Virus record (IMG/VR): IMGVR_UViG_3300040734_000009 | Span: 1-53,595 of that record | DNA from: a virus | Taxonomy: Duplodnaviria > Caudoviricetes | Length of the DNA: 53,595 nucleotides | Reading direction: 5' to 3' (one strand) | Shown: positions 8,110 to 17,522 of the stretch, in pieces | Position numbering within the stretch: position 1 is the first letter of the stretch | Layout: each line of letters begins with the position of its first letter | Program-made: the position numbers and the translations under genes | Notes under the pieces: model-generated | Seen by the model: the letters and a program-made list of their open reading frames with translations, nothing else | Told to the model about the DNA's origin: nothing | The model's database searches: none

Positions 8110-9029
8110 AATTCTACCATATTAGGAAATCCCATTTTTATTCTCTCGTTTACAAGGCCGCACTGCTTCTTCAAGTAGTGAGCCGTAGCTGAGAGATTCG
8201 TGTGTCTGAGCTGATCCATAAGCTCTCTCATGCTTATTCCGCTCATGTGCAGGAGTGACGCTCCGGTATGCTTGAATGAGTAGAACTTGTAAGCCTTCGG
8301 TAGATTAAGTTCATCCCTGAAGGCATTAAACCGACACCGGAGCATATTCACCGAGCAGGGTTTTTTATTGAACCTGCGCTTCGTTCCGAACACAAACAGA
8401 TTCTTATCTGCCTTATCAATCCCGTACTCATAACAGAGATCAATAAGTTGCTGCGGCATAGTCACGGACTGCTTGCGCTTGTTCTTGGCTATCTCCTGCC
8501 GGATGGTTATCATGCCATTAATCATATCAATGTCGCCTATCCGCAGAAGCCTTAACTCCTTGCCCGGCCGGATGAAGCAATAGAACTGAATATTACAGGC
8601 AAGGAATAATTGCGGGTCTTTCTCCTTAATGTGCGTCATCAGGGTCTTCATGTCATCTCTCTGGATCATGCTTGCCCCCTGATCTTTCTTCTTTCGTGGG
8701 AATGATATCAGGCTAAAAGGCAGTTCCGTTGCCTCACCCCACTTGACGCAATATTTCCATAATGCCCGCAGGGAAACAAAATACTTCTCGCAAGTTGTAC
8801 GGTCAAGTCCCTTTCCACGCCCTATATGGAAGAAGAAATCAGCCATCATCTGAGGGGTGATCTTTCTCAGAGGGTAGTGTGAATAGCCCTTCTCTTTAAG
8901 CCAGTACGAAAATACTCTCGTATGGTTGTTATATGGATACATGGATCGGGTCTGTACTTCCCCCTCCTTTTCAAGTAAAAATCCGGGGACAATTTCGTCG
9001 AAGGTCTTATATCTCCTGAAGATATCCAC
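8106..9029 (-). CDS. Tyrosine recombinase (short, no evident arm-binding domain)
   Basis: 307 aa; IRPGKELR (R), AKN (K), YSFKHTG, LRH and TAHY (catalytic Tyr); helical core-binding region at the N-terminus; GTG start. Confidence 0.9.
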   Translation of the reverse strand: MDIFRRYKTFDEIVPGFLLEKEGEVQTRSMYPYNNHTRVFSYWLKEKGYSHYPLRKITPQMMADFFFHIGRGKGLDRTTCEKYFVSLRALWKYCVKWGEATELPFSLISFPRKKKDQGASMIQRDDMKTLMTHIKEKDPQLFLACNIQFYCFIRPGKELRLLRIGDIDMINGMITIRQEIAKNKRKQSVTMPQQLIDLCYEYGIDKADKNLFVFGTKRRFNKKPCSVNMLRCRFNAFRDELNLPKAYKFYSFKHTGASLLHMSGISMRELMDQLRHTNLSATAHYLKKQCGLVNERIKMGFPNMVEL

Positions 9030-9096
9030 TTTTTTATTTTACTCACTATTAATTATTTACTATATACTTTCGTTAAAAATGTTCGTAGGTCACGGT

Positions 9097-10680
9097 TTAA
9101 ACATAAGCCGCAACATTATCAATCAAGTCTGCAACATACCCGCAGATGACGTTGATCTCGTTTTCATAAACAGTTCCCGCCGTAAAGACTTCATAACTCG
9201 CTGCTTTTACATAAGCCTTCCCCCTATTTGATCCCATATTATACAGGAATGATTGCTCGGATGAGCCACGCCCATTTGCTGCCGGATCAGGCACATCAAA
9301 CCGAAGGATGATATTTTCATAATCCCCCCCCTCTGTATTATTGTAAACAAACACATGGCTCCTGTTAGCCCCGTCTGTAATATTTACAGTATCCAGATTA
9401 TCCGGCAGTGTAAGTTCTTGTTTATAATCGGACACAAAGCGGTTAAATACTGTATAATACCACGGAACCTGGACGCAGTATAAGGTGCTTATTAAAGTAT
9501 TCACAAGAACGTCATAACGATACTTCAGATTAACACCGGAGGTCGTTATGGTTATACTCGACGTAACGGTCATAAGATGCTCTTCGATGTTAGCAGCGTT
9601 AATCGCAAATGCAACATTCTCCATATGGTATTCGTCACACTCCTCAAGTACCGCATCTGACACAAGATTACCCGTGACCTCTACGTCATCTATCCAGTTC
9701 TGCATATCATAACCAGTATCATATTCAAGATATGCTGCAGCGGCGTGTTGTGGTATCCATCCCGGAGTATCTGCCGTACCCGCCTTGCTTATTGTTGTAG
9801 CCATCGTAAAATGCGGGAGGCTTTCGGGAATAAGGTGAGCAATAAGTTCTGTATAATTAATCGACGTTCCCCCCGTTACTTTAAACGATCTTTCTTTTAC
9901 CACATCGCCATCGCGAAGGGTTATTGTGTACGCACTTGACGATACATTCTTGGTATTTTTAGGTAATATTCCTAATTTATAAGTTCCCGCTGTTAAGCCT
10001 GAAAACAAAGTATATGTATCAAGTGTGGCAGTGCTTTCCGCATAAAAGTCAACATCAATGTATGTGTATTGTGCTTGGTGATATATCTGCCATGCTGATC
10101 CGGTATAATAAATAAGGTCATAAACTTCAAGTGCACTCATAGAGGCATCTATGTTTGAATAATTGCCCGCTTGCTGAACAATATAATATCGCCCTGCCGC
10201 CTTGTCTGCGTTTACGGCATTAGGCCCGTTAATGCCAACAACCAAATACCCCCGAAGTGTGCCATCAAACAGGATAAACCTACCTATGCCCTTACCACTA
10301 CCCTTGTATGCCGATAGTACCAGATCGGTGCCGTTGAACGTCATGGTATCAACAGTGGCTGAATCCCCGACAGAGTATGTGAGATTATTGGTCATGTTAT
10401 TCAATGACTTATCTCCGTTGTACATCCCGATCATTTGGCGATAGGTCAGTTCGCCTATTTCATACCAATCATCATTACCTTTTAATATTTTGTAATCAGC
10501 ACCATAATCCATGCCTTGCCATTTATGGAAAATATGAATTGACCTCTCCGCCCCACTGATATTATCCCACCAGTAATACTGTTTTTCTATTACTGGTTTA
10601 AATTGGTTAGTCCAGTACGAACTCCAACTTTTTCCACCGATACGGTGCGGGCTTATTGCTATGGGTGAGAGAATAGGCAT
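9097..10680 (-). CDS. Putative receptor-binding or tail-fibre-associated protein
   Basis: 527 aa, beta-rich, at the end of the tail gene series; short N-terminal leader ending GGKSWSSYW; body looks AT-richer than its neighbours. Confidence 0.55.
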   Translation of the reverse strand: MPILSPIAISPHRIGGKSWSSYWTNQFKPVIEKQYYWWDNISGAERSIHIFHKWQGMDYGADYKILKGNDDWYEIGELTYRQMIGMYNGDKSLNNMTNNLTYSVGDSATVDTMTFNGTDLVLSAYKGSGKGIGRFILFDGTLRGYLVVGINGPNAVNADKAAGRYYIVQQAGNYSNIDASMSALEVYDLIYYTGSAWQIYHQAQYTYIDVDFYAESTATLDTYTLFSGLTAGTYKLGILPKNTKNVSSSAYTITLRDGDVVKERSFKVTGGTSINYTELIAHLIPESLPHFTMATTISKAGTADTPGWIPQHAAAAYLEYDTGYDMQNWIDDVEVTGNLVSDAVLEECDEYHMENVAFAINAANIEEHLMTVTSSITITTSGVNLKYRYDVLVNTLISTLYCVQVPWYYTVFNRFVSDYKQELTLPDNLDTVNITDGANRSHVFVYNNTEGGDYENIILRFDVPDPAANGRGSSEQSFLYNMGSNRGKAYVKAASYEVFTAGTVYENEINVICGYVADLIDNVAAYV

Positions 10681-10692
10681 GATGGGGCTCTC

Positions 10693-11292
10693 TTATATCG
10701 TATAGTAAACATAGAAACTACCCTTACCAGGGGTGAACTTGCTCGCTGGATTATCCGGAGTTATCATCCTGTTTTCGTTAATGGCGAAAACTTTGTTGGC
10801 AGTCGCAACAGCAGCTGTCCCGGCAAGATCGCCGGTCGCGTTAGCTCCAGAGGATGCCCCCGTAGAATCTTCTCCTGCCACAGATGACGTGAATATTAAC
10901 ACAGCTCCGTCGCTTGTTAATACCCAGCCCGCAGCGAGGTAATCAGCAGCGTTAGCTGCAACAAATGCTGCTGCTGTAGCTGTCAGTCCCTCCGCATCCC
11001 AAGTGCATGTTTTTGTAACACCATCATGAACAATAGTGCAGGTCCCGGATGTCCCGGCAAGTGTGATCCTCACTACCTTTTTGGTGCTCATGTATGATCG
11101 TCCGATAGCCAAAACGTCAGTCCGTGCTCCCTGGATGTCAACACTCTCGGTAATATTTTCAATTCTGCTATCGTCCTCGTTAGCTATGATGGCATATATG
11201 CGGCCCTTACGTGCCGTATATTCAGCAACTCCGCTGACTACATCACAGCCCAGGCCTCCTGATATTTTGTTGATGTCTATGTCTGTATTCAT
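10693..11292 (-). CDS. Putative structural protein with inserted A/T/G-rich domain
   Basis: 199 aa; ITLAGTSGT...LTATAAAFV...NATGDLAGT segment typical of virion proteins. Confidence 0.55.
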   Translation of the reverse strand: MNTDIDINKISGGLGCDVVSGVAEYTARKGRIYAIIANEDDSRIENITESVDIQGARTDVLAIGRSYMSTKKVVRITLAGTSGTCTIVHDGVTKTCTWDAEGLTATAAAFVAANAADYLAAGWVLTSDGAVLIFTSSVAGEDSTGASSGANATGDLAGTAAVATANKVFAINENRMITPDNPASKFTPGKGSFYVYYTI

Positions 11293-11303
11293 GGCATATG
11301 TTT

Positions 11304-11606
11304 TTATTGTTTGTCCAACATTTTGTATATCTGTGAAAAGAGGATCACCGGGAGCCCCTTTATGTTTGCTTTGATAATATCGGCCTCTGCCTGGGTGATC
11401 TCAATCTCTCCCTTAGATGTCCATATCCTCTCCACCAGGCCGGCTATCATCATCTTTTCCTCATCCTTCCCCATTGTAATGGCAGAGAGTATCCGGCATA
11501 CTCCATCCTTGAGAGGTATATCAATTCCCTTTTCATCCTTCAGGGCCTCACCCTTGAAGTTGCGGGCCGGTATGTTAAAGTTTACTTTCATGCTATTGAT
11601 TGCCAA
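11304..11606 (-). CDS. Hypothetical protein (tail-fibre chaperone-like)
   Basis: 100 aa, helical, directly after the fibre genes. Confidence 0.5.
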   Translation of the reverse strand: MAINSMKVNFNIPARNFKGEALKDEKGIDIPLKDGVCRILSAITMGKDEEKMMIAGLVERIWTSKGEIEITQAEADIIKANIKGLPVILFSQIYKMLDKQ

Positions 11607-12733
11607 TGTTGAAGTGCTGTTCCGAGGTTATCTACATCAATCCAGGTCTCCCCTCCATCTACCGAGATCTCCACGGTCAGCACAAAGGTCCCGTTGTAGA
11701 GTGTTGCCGGCAGACTTACCCCATCATTGTTATAGAAGTTATGGGCATCGCTCGCCGGAATGGTTACCCCGGAGGTCAGCAGATATGTCTCATTAAACCA
11801 TGAATCATTATCCTCTGCCCTGAGTCTCACGGCAAGCGAGATTGCCTGGGCAGAAATGTTGTTCAGATCAAAGTCATAAGTAAAGGTTGTCGGGTTTCCT
11901 CCTACGGGCTCCTGGGTGTCAACCACATTTATTGTCACAGAGAGTGCGTCAGAGATATCCTCTGCAGTACCCCACATGCGGTAAGTGATTACTTCAACTC
12001 CTCCTTCGCATACAGCAAGTGGCGTTACTCCGTCCTCGTCCATGTACACCGGGCGCAGGCAAAGAGTATAAGTGGTTCCAATGACCTCACTGTTATCCCC
12101 CATTGTGAACATGAGGGTAGCAGTATCACCCGTTGGCTCGCTGAGATCTACGAAGTCGCTGGTGCCTACAAGCGAATATGCTCCGGCTCCGGCCTTCAGC
12201 CATGCCTGTACTTTTACCCTTGACCAGAATGTTTCAACTTCCGGGTTGCTTGAGAGGATAGGGCATAACCGGCCTCTCTGTAATCCTCCACGGATCGCGA
12301 TGGTATTATAAACCACCTGTCCGTCTGCATGAGGACTCGCCCAATAAACAGGGCGGGTAGCCTCATTATGATTGTATCCGGCAAAGTCACCAAGTGCAGC
12401 GCCGGCTTCTGTGGGAGGAGTATATGTAAATGTCGGGTTCGCATCACAAGCTGACGGAAGGGCTTCATCATACGCCGTCTGGCCGGGTTTATACCTGGCC
12501 CATGCGTTGATCTTGGCGTTCTCCCCACCGGCAACAAATGTCCCGGGAAGGTTGCAAACGCTGTAAAGGTCCGGATTGGGAGCACCGACAAGGACTCTCA
12601 CAGCACTCAGGCTGATATTCTTGCAATCAAGATACCCCGCTCCGGTAGTGATATCGGCCTGTGCTGGGATATCAGCATCGGTTTTCAGATCCGATGGCAG
12701 CCAGAAGGTTGTATTGAGTCTCTTTGCTCCCAT
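11588..12733 (-). CDS. Putative tail/fibre structural protein
   Basis: 381 aa; INAWARYKP and LGDFAGYNH motifs recalled from Bacteroidota phage tail proteins; Ig-like C-terminus. Confidence 0.6.
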   Translation of the reverse strand: MGAKRLNTTFWLPSDLKTDADIPAQADITTGAGYLDCKNISLSAVRVLVGAPNPDLYSVCNLPGTFVAGGENAKINAWARYKPGQTAYDEALPSACDANPTFTYTPPTEAGAALGDFAGYNHNEATRPVYWASPHADGQVVYNTIAIRGGLQRGRLCPILSSNPEVETFWSRVKVQAWLKAGAGAYSLVGTSDFVDLSEPTGDTATLMFTMGDNSEVIGTTYTLCLRPVYMDEDGVTPLAVCEGGVEVITYRMWGTAEDISDALSVTINVVDTQEPVGGNPTTFTYDFDLNNISAQAISLAVRLRAEDNDSWFNETYLLTSGVTIPASDAHNFYNNDGVSLPATLYNGTFVLTVEISVDGGETWIDVDNLGTALQHWQSIA

Positions 12734-12736
12734 TGA

Positions 12737-13750
12737 TCAAGGTGTTCCAAATGCAACAACATCATCTGCCGCAGTTACCAACCCTGCAGCAGTGAAGCTC
12801 GCTATCACAGTCGTGCCGTTCTTTATCACCAGCTTTCCGCTCTCTTCGACAACAGAGAAGTTTGCCGTATTGACTGCCGGATGGCTGTGTGATGTTATGG
12901 CTCCGGTCAGTTGCGCCTCTATCATTGCCTTGGTGATGGCAGTCAGATACCCGGCAAGGGCATGATTCCCCCAACCGAAGGCAGAGACAGCATTGGCCCC
13001 ATGAGTAGTCACCCAGGTAGCAGCTTCGTTCCATCCGGAGGAATTGTCGGTAAGTGAAGCGGCCCATCCGGATCCGGTTGACCTTGCGATCCCAACACCA
13101 GGGTAAACCATTTCTCCCCCTCCTTCACCGGCCGGCACCTCCCATGCCCCATCTTCCCGGAGGTATTTTGTAGCCGGCGATGCCCCGGTGAACTGTATTC
13201 CTCCCCTGACCGTGGCAGAAGCATAGGGCATGGAAGCCCATATGTCCGGCGGCAACCATCCGGTGTCTGCATAAGAGATCATGTTCTGATCACAGGCTAC
13301 CGGGAGTTTGATCCTCAGATAAGGATTAGCCCCACCTACATACTCAAAGGCATTATACAGAGCAGCAGAGAAGTGATAATACTCATCGGTTACTCCTCCC
13401 TGGAGACCAAGCAGGGCATTGTGATACTCAACCCCGGTTCCAGATCCCCCAGAGGGAGGTATAATCCATGACCGGGTGCCGTTGGCCTTAGATGAAAGTA
13501 TGTAGTCATCTGCCGGAGGCGCACCAAGATGTCGTTCGTACCTGACATCACCACGGACCTGGTTGAAGTATTGAAGGTGATCGTCATCTCCAAGTCCTGA
13601 GAGATTTCCGTGGTCGCTGACAAGTTCAGAGGCTACATTGATACCAAGCATCCCGTCAAGCAGGACATCAATAGTGAGAGCATCCCGGAGTTCCTGTATG
13701 AATACTCCGGGGCTCTCCATGATGGTGATATCAACTCTGCCTTCGCTCAT
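12737..13750 (-). CDS. Tail fibre protein
   Basis: DHGNLSGLGDDDHLQY, HNALLGLQGG..EYYH, KYLREDGAW and WGNHALAGYLT fibre-type motifs. Confidence 0.75.
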   Translation of the reverse strand: MSEGRVDITIMESPGVFIQELRDALTIDVLLDGMLGINVASELVSDHGNLSGLGDDDHLQYFNQVRGDVRYERHLGAPPADDYILSSKANGTRSWIIPPSGGSGTGVEYHNALLGLQGGVTDEYYHFSAALYNAFEYVGGANPYLRIKLPVACDQNMISYADTGWLPPDIWASMPYASATVRGGIQFTGASPATKYLREDGAWEVPAGEGGGEMVYPGVGIARSTGSGWAASLTDNSSGWNEAATWVTTHGANAVSAFGWGNHALAGYLTAITKAMIEAQLTGAITSHSHPAVNTANFSVVEESGKLVIKNGTTVIASFTAAGLVTAADDVVAFGTP

Positions 13751-14130
13751 AATTTGGCCTTGAGTATCTCGTGAAATTTCCCCCTGTTCTTGATGATTCT
13801 CACACCGCCCGTCACATCAGCATCAGGTACATGGATGTCAATCTGTATCTCGTTGCGGGCTCCGGCTGCTGCCGATGTCATGGCGGAGGTAAGCACCATA
13901 AGTACCCTCACATCGCCTGTCTCAACCACCTTTGTGGATAACCTGGTGAATCCCGATGGCAGAGGCGATTCCCGCAGGATGAAACGGCCAACATACTCTC
14001 CGGTGATGGCATTATAAATGAACACCTTCACCTCAAGCACCTGAGACAGGTTCGAAGGGTCAAGCTGGACTCCGGCTTCGTTATATAAGCGAAGCAGGTA
14101 CTTTGGTGTACTCCCCGCCAGGACTGCCAT
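13747..14130 (-). CDS. Small structural protein (BppU-like Ig fold)
   Basis: 127 aa, beta-rich, precedes the fibre gene with a 4-nt overlap. Confidence 0.5.
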   Translation of the reverse strand: MAVLAGSTPKYLLRLYNEAGVQLDPSNLSQVLEVKVFIYNAITGEYVGRFILRESPLPSGFTRLSTKVVETGDVRVLMVLTSAMTSAAAGARNEIQIDIHVPDADVTGGVRIIKNRGKFHEILKAKL

Positions 14131-14142
14131 ATCGCGTAGGGC

Positions 14143-14904
14143 TTAGAATTCTATGTAGTTGAGAGCTACTTCGACAACCCCGCTGGTTATGTTCGCCCAG
14201 AATACGTTTGGCGTAGCTGCAACGTATACATTGCCTGCTGTAGCCGCCGGGGCAACCGTCATAGAATGGTCGGATGCCATGCAGGTGATTGCATTTGCAG
14301 CCTTGATAGTTGTGCTCCCGATAAGCTCATGACCGCTTGATGTGGTGCCTGTCTCAGCAACGAGGGTCACAGTCGGCGTAGCGGTACCAGTCGTGTCTGC
14401 GGTAGTTGTTGCATCCGCATGGGTAAGCGAGAATGTAAAGGTTGTGGTGTTGGTCACGGTTACTGACCTGGTACCGTTACATGCCGCCTCAGTCATCCCT
14501 GCAATGACAACTGAGTTGCCGGTTACAAGACCGTGGACTGCTGCGGTAACGATGGTACATACGTTGGACGATACAGCCCATGAGGCAATAGCTATGGACT
14601 TTGAGTTGAATGCCGCAGTCGTCTTGGTTTTAGCATCAAGGATCCTGGCGAATGCCGGGATAATAGCTCCGAGGTCAATGACCTGTTCGGTCGCGTTGGC
14701 TGCAGTTGCGAAATTGAAATCACATCCGGCTACTCCTACGCCACCAATGGTGAATCTTTTGGTCTTGACGTTTGAAAACTCCACTCCCTGGTGGGTGAGT
14801 TGTGTTGCGTTAATACCGATAGTGTGCTTCACACTCAAGAGCCTTGAGATCAGCTCTATTTTCGGGTAGTTGCGCATGATGGTAATAAGATCGCTTGTTT
14901 TCAT
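14143..14904 (-). CDS. Structural or decoration protein with inserted beta domain
   Basis: 253 aa, T/A-rich; HGLVTGNSVVIAG...NGT..VT....FT module common in phage structural proteins. Confidence 0.6.
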   Translation of the reverse strand: MKTSDLITIMRNYPKIELISRLLSVKHTIGINATQLTHQGVEFSNVKTKRFTIGGVGVAGCDFNFATAANATEQVIDLGAIIPAFARILDAKTKTTAAFNSKSIAIASWAVSSNVCTIVTAAVHGLVTGNSVVIAGMTEAACNGTRSVTVTNTTTFTFSLTHADATTTADTTGTATPTVTLVAETGTTSSGHELIGSTTIKAANAITCMASDHSMTVAPAATAGNVYVAATPNVFWANITSGVVEVALNYIEF

Positions 14905-14927
14905 CTGTTTTTGTTATTAGTTAATAC

Positions 14928-15554
14928 TTAGACTATTAACTTACTGAGGTGTACCGCCGATTGCTCGAGGGCCACTTTTGCGCGATTTGCATCTCCCAGG
15001 GTAAGCATCACCTTTGCGGCAGCTCTCCATGTGAGGGTATCTACAAACTCATCAGCAAGATCTTCTGGTAATGTTTTTTTGACATACAGGGCAGTGTCAG
15101 GCACAGCATTGGCAAGCACCTTACCGCATTCGAAATACCGCTTCAATGTATCGCCTGTGAATAGTTTCCGTATCAGAGCGACAAAGGGCCTTCCATAGCC
15201 CGAGCGCAGGTATTCATTCTCCTGCATGTTATACTTTTCGTTCTCCTGGGAGATGGCCTCACTGACCGATCTCTTCCACAGGGGAAATTTTATTTCATGC
15301 AATCGCACGAAGTCAGCCGGGACCGGGATATAGGCTTTATCATCGGCATACTTCAGCATGCTTGTGGCCGGGTCTCCGGTAGTAAGAGGAATAGCAAGCG
15401 GGATTAACAAATAAAGTGGCCCTTCCAGGATGATCTCATTGGCACTCTCGTCAAGGAGAGGACCTATATACTCTTCAAAGGGTGTTCCTACACCTTCGGG
15501 AGCGAACTCATCAAGGATGACCTTAACCTTATTTATTAATCCCGTCCTGTCCAT
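14928..15554 (-). CDS. Head-tail adaptor / tail ring-like protein
   Basis: 208 aa; IPVPADFVRL and LPEDL..TL.W.AA patterns; two genes downstream of the capsid gene. Confidence 0.6.
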   Translation of the reverse strand: MDRTGLINKVKVILDEFAPEGVGTPFEEYIGPLLDESANEIILEGPLYLLIPLAIPLTTGDPATSMLKYADDKAYIPVPADFVRLHEIKFPLWKRSVSEAISQENEKYNMQENEYLRSGYGRPFVALIRKLFTGDTLKRYFECGKVLANAVPDTALYVKKTLPEDLADEFVDTLTWRAAAKVMLTLGDANRAKVALEQSAVHLSKLIV

Positions 15555-15556
15555 GG

Positions 15557-16051
15557 TTACTGTAGATCAATGAAGTTGACCTTGTTTTCAGCTGCAGCCT
15601 TCTTTACGGAGGGTCCGTTAGGCAGCTTGCTCACAGATAGCCCGAAGTTTTCCACCAGGTATGCCCTTGCGGCCTGAATGGTGGTAATCCCGGGAACCTT
15701 TGTTACTTCTCCCTCTGCATGGGTTTCATCCTCTCCTTCCGGGGTCTCATCCTCGGAGGTTTCAGGTGCTTCAGTCGGGGCCGGTTTCGGCGCAGGTTTC
15801 TTGGCTACTGCTTTGGGTAGTGGCTCGGGATCATCGGTTGGTTCTGAGTGGATACATTTGAATGTGATCCCGTAGCTGGTGGAGTTATCCATTGCAGCAA
15901 TGATAGCAGGATTAGAGGTAGTGTAGTGGCCCTTGGCTGTTGGCGACTGACTCGCGTTTCTGAACTCGATTAGTGTCTTGACGCCGTTAACCATCTCATA
16001 AGTATCGAGGCTCTTGAACTCAATAGCCTGATAGATTTTTGTTACTCCCAT
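15557..16051 (-). CDS. Hypothetical protein with acidic/Pro linker (capsid operon)
   Basis: The ORF track gives 15557-16108, but that start lies inside a hairpin. ATG at 16051 follows an A-rich leader. Confidence 0.6.
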   Translation of the reverse strand: MGVTKIYQAIEFKSLDTYEMVNGVKTLIEFRNASQSPTAKGHYTTSNPAIIAAMDNSTSYGITFKCIHSEPTDDPEPLPKAVAKKPAPKPAPTEAPETSEDETPEGEDETHAEGEVTKVPGITTIQAARAYLVENFGLSVSKLPNGPSVKKAAAENKVNFIDLQ

Positions 16052-16083
16052 TGTCTGATTGTTTTGGTTATTGATTGTCAGGT

Positions 16084-16120
16084 AAAGAGCCAGGGATGCA
16101 CGGGGCACCCCTGGTCTTTT
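16084..16120 (-). terminator. Stem-loop/terminator after the capsid gene
   Basis: AGACCAGGGGTGC/GCATCCCTGGCTCT hairpin on the minus strand, immediately after the capsid stop codon. Confidence 0.6.
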
Positions 16121-16130
16121 GCCTTATTGC

Positions 16131-17504
16131 TTACGCTTTCGGACGTATAATTGCGTGTGTGTCAGGATAACGGGTAACAATACCGGAGGTCTCTTCGATC
16201 ACAACGGCATCGGCGTTCCTTTGGCCGGATTTTTTAAGGTCCAGCGTAGTAGTGGAAAGAGGCTTCCATGTGTGTTTCTCGATGAAGGCGAGGTCGAGAA
16301 CAATACCGTTCTCATCCCATCCTGCCTGATCAAGTCCCGGGTGATGGAAGAACCTCAGAAGGCCGAAGTTGGTCTCGATCTCCTTGAAGGTAAGACCATA
16401 TTTCACCATCGTCTGCTTACCCTGGATCTGCTTGATCACAGTGTCAACCTTCATCAGTGCGGCCATAAGGCTATTACCCCCGAAGAGATATCTTACCTCG
16501 GATCCGCTGTTCCCGGAGAATAATGATTTGGTTGCATCAACAAACCATGCGTTGTCAATAGTCCTGTCGGTCCCGCCAAGTCCATACTCAATAGCCTTAG
16601 AAATGAACCTGGTTGTTCCGCCGGTTGCGTACCTCTCCTTGCTATGCACAAGGTCAGTAAACTGAGCCCTTACTCCAAACAAATAAGCCATCTCCATGGT
16701 ATTCTTCATATCAAGGATGTTCTGGGCTTCATAATCAGTAAAGCTCCAGTCAACCTCTTTTGCATGATCTCTCTGGAAAATTGATTCTTCCACCTGTGCC
16801 ATGAAACGCTGCACAAAGTTGTAGCTCTTAGCAGGCAGGATAGCATAAGGTGAGGTCTGAGCAGCAAGCTCATCCTTACAAGGTCCTACGCGAACTATGC
16901 GGGTGCCTACAGGGATTGTGGCAGGTATGATCATCATGTCTGCAGTCGTTCCCGAACCGGCAGTACCGTTAAGAGGCTGCAGTTTGATGGTACCTGCGGA
17001 TACATCCTTGGATATGACAAAGCATACAAGGTCCTTGCTGTCAACACCGGTAATACCTTTTACCATGACGTTCTCGTCAGCGGTAAATGTGCTAATGTTA
17101 TTTACAGCCAGGTCAATAGAGGTATGACCATCACCCGATTTGGTATAAGCAGTCTTGACGGTATCGTACAGAGGACGGCTGTCAACGGCATAATATTCAG
17201 TCTTCCATGAATGAATAGGAGTAGCCTTACGGATCTGCCTCATGATTGTATCAAGAGGAGTGGCCGCGGGCCTCATCTCAGTCACCAACTTGGATACATA
17301 TTCCATATCCAGGTCGGCTGCATTAGCATTCACCTGAGTGGTAGTGACGGTACCCGTACCATCGGTGCCTCCCGTTACAGGAGCACCAACAGCCACCGTT
17401 ATACCGGCAGCACCAGCCATAAGCGAAGTGCAAAGTATTGCCACAAGCATGAATGCAAAGGCAAGTACCTTGGTTCCGATATTAAAAATGTTTGTGTTTC
17501 TCAT
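16131..17504 (-). CDS. Major capsid protein (SU10/DUF5309-like) with hydrophobic N-terminal leader
   Basis: 457 aa; TPLDTI, NFVQRF, E.AYLFG, TGG...FI and ETNFG.L...HH motifs; follows the scaffold gene. Confidence 0.85.
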   Translation of the reverse strand: MRNTNIFNIGTKVLAFAFMLVAILCTSLMAGAAGITVAVGAPVTGGTDGTGTVTTTQVNANAADLDMEYVSKLVTEMRPAATPLDTIMRQIRKATPIHSWKTEYYAVDSRPLYDTVKTAYTKSGDGHTSIDLAVNNISTFTADENVMVKGITGVDSKDLVCFVISKDVSAGTIKLQPLNGTAGSGTTADMMIIPATIPVGTRIVRVGPCKDELAAQTSPYAILPAKSYNFVQRFMAQVEESIFQRDHAKEVDWSFTDYEAQNILDMKNTMEMAYLFGVRAQFTDLVHSKERYATGGTTRFISKAIEYGLGGTDRTIDNAWFVDATKSLFSGNSGSEVRYLFGGNSLMAALMKVDTVIKQIQGKQTMVKYGLTFKEIETNFGLLRFFHHPGLDQAGWDENGIVLDLAFIEKHTWKPLSTTTLDLKKSGQRNADAVVIEETSGIVTRYPDTHAIIRPKA

Positions 17505-17522
17505 TGTGTGTTAAAGTGTTAG

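Noticed and set aside
8896-10621. CCAGTACGAA shared between the recombinase gene (8901) and the SWSSYW codons (10612), plus an inverted GTTCGTA at 9081, as recombination sites
   Set aside because: Only 7-10 bp match, flanks are dissimilar, and one copy is explained by the same S-Y-W codons. Not enough to call an invertible segment.
4453-13750. Diversity-generating retroelement acting on fibre genes
   Set aside because: No reverse transcriptase and no template/variable repeat pair differing at adenines was seen.
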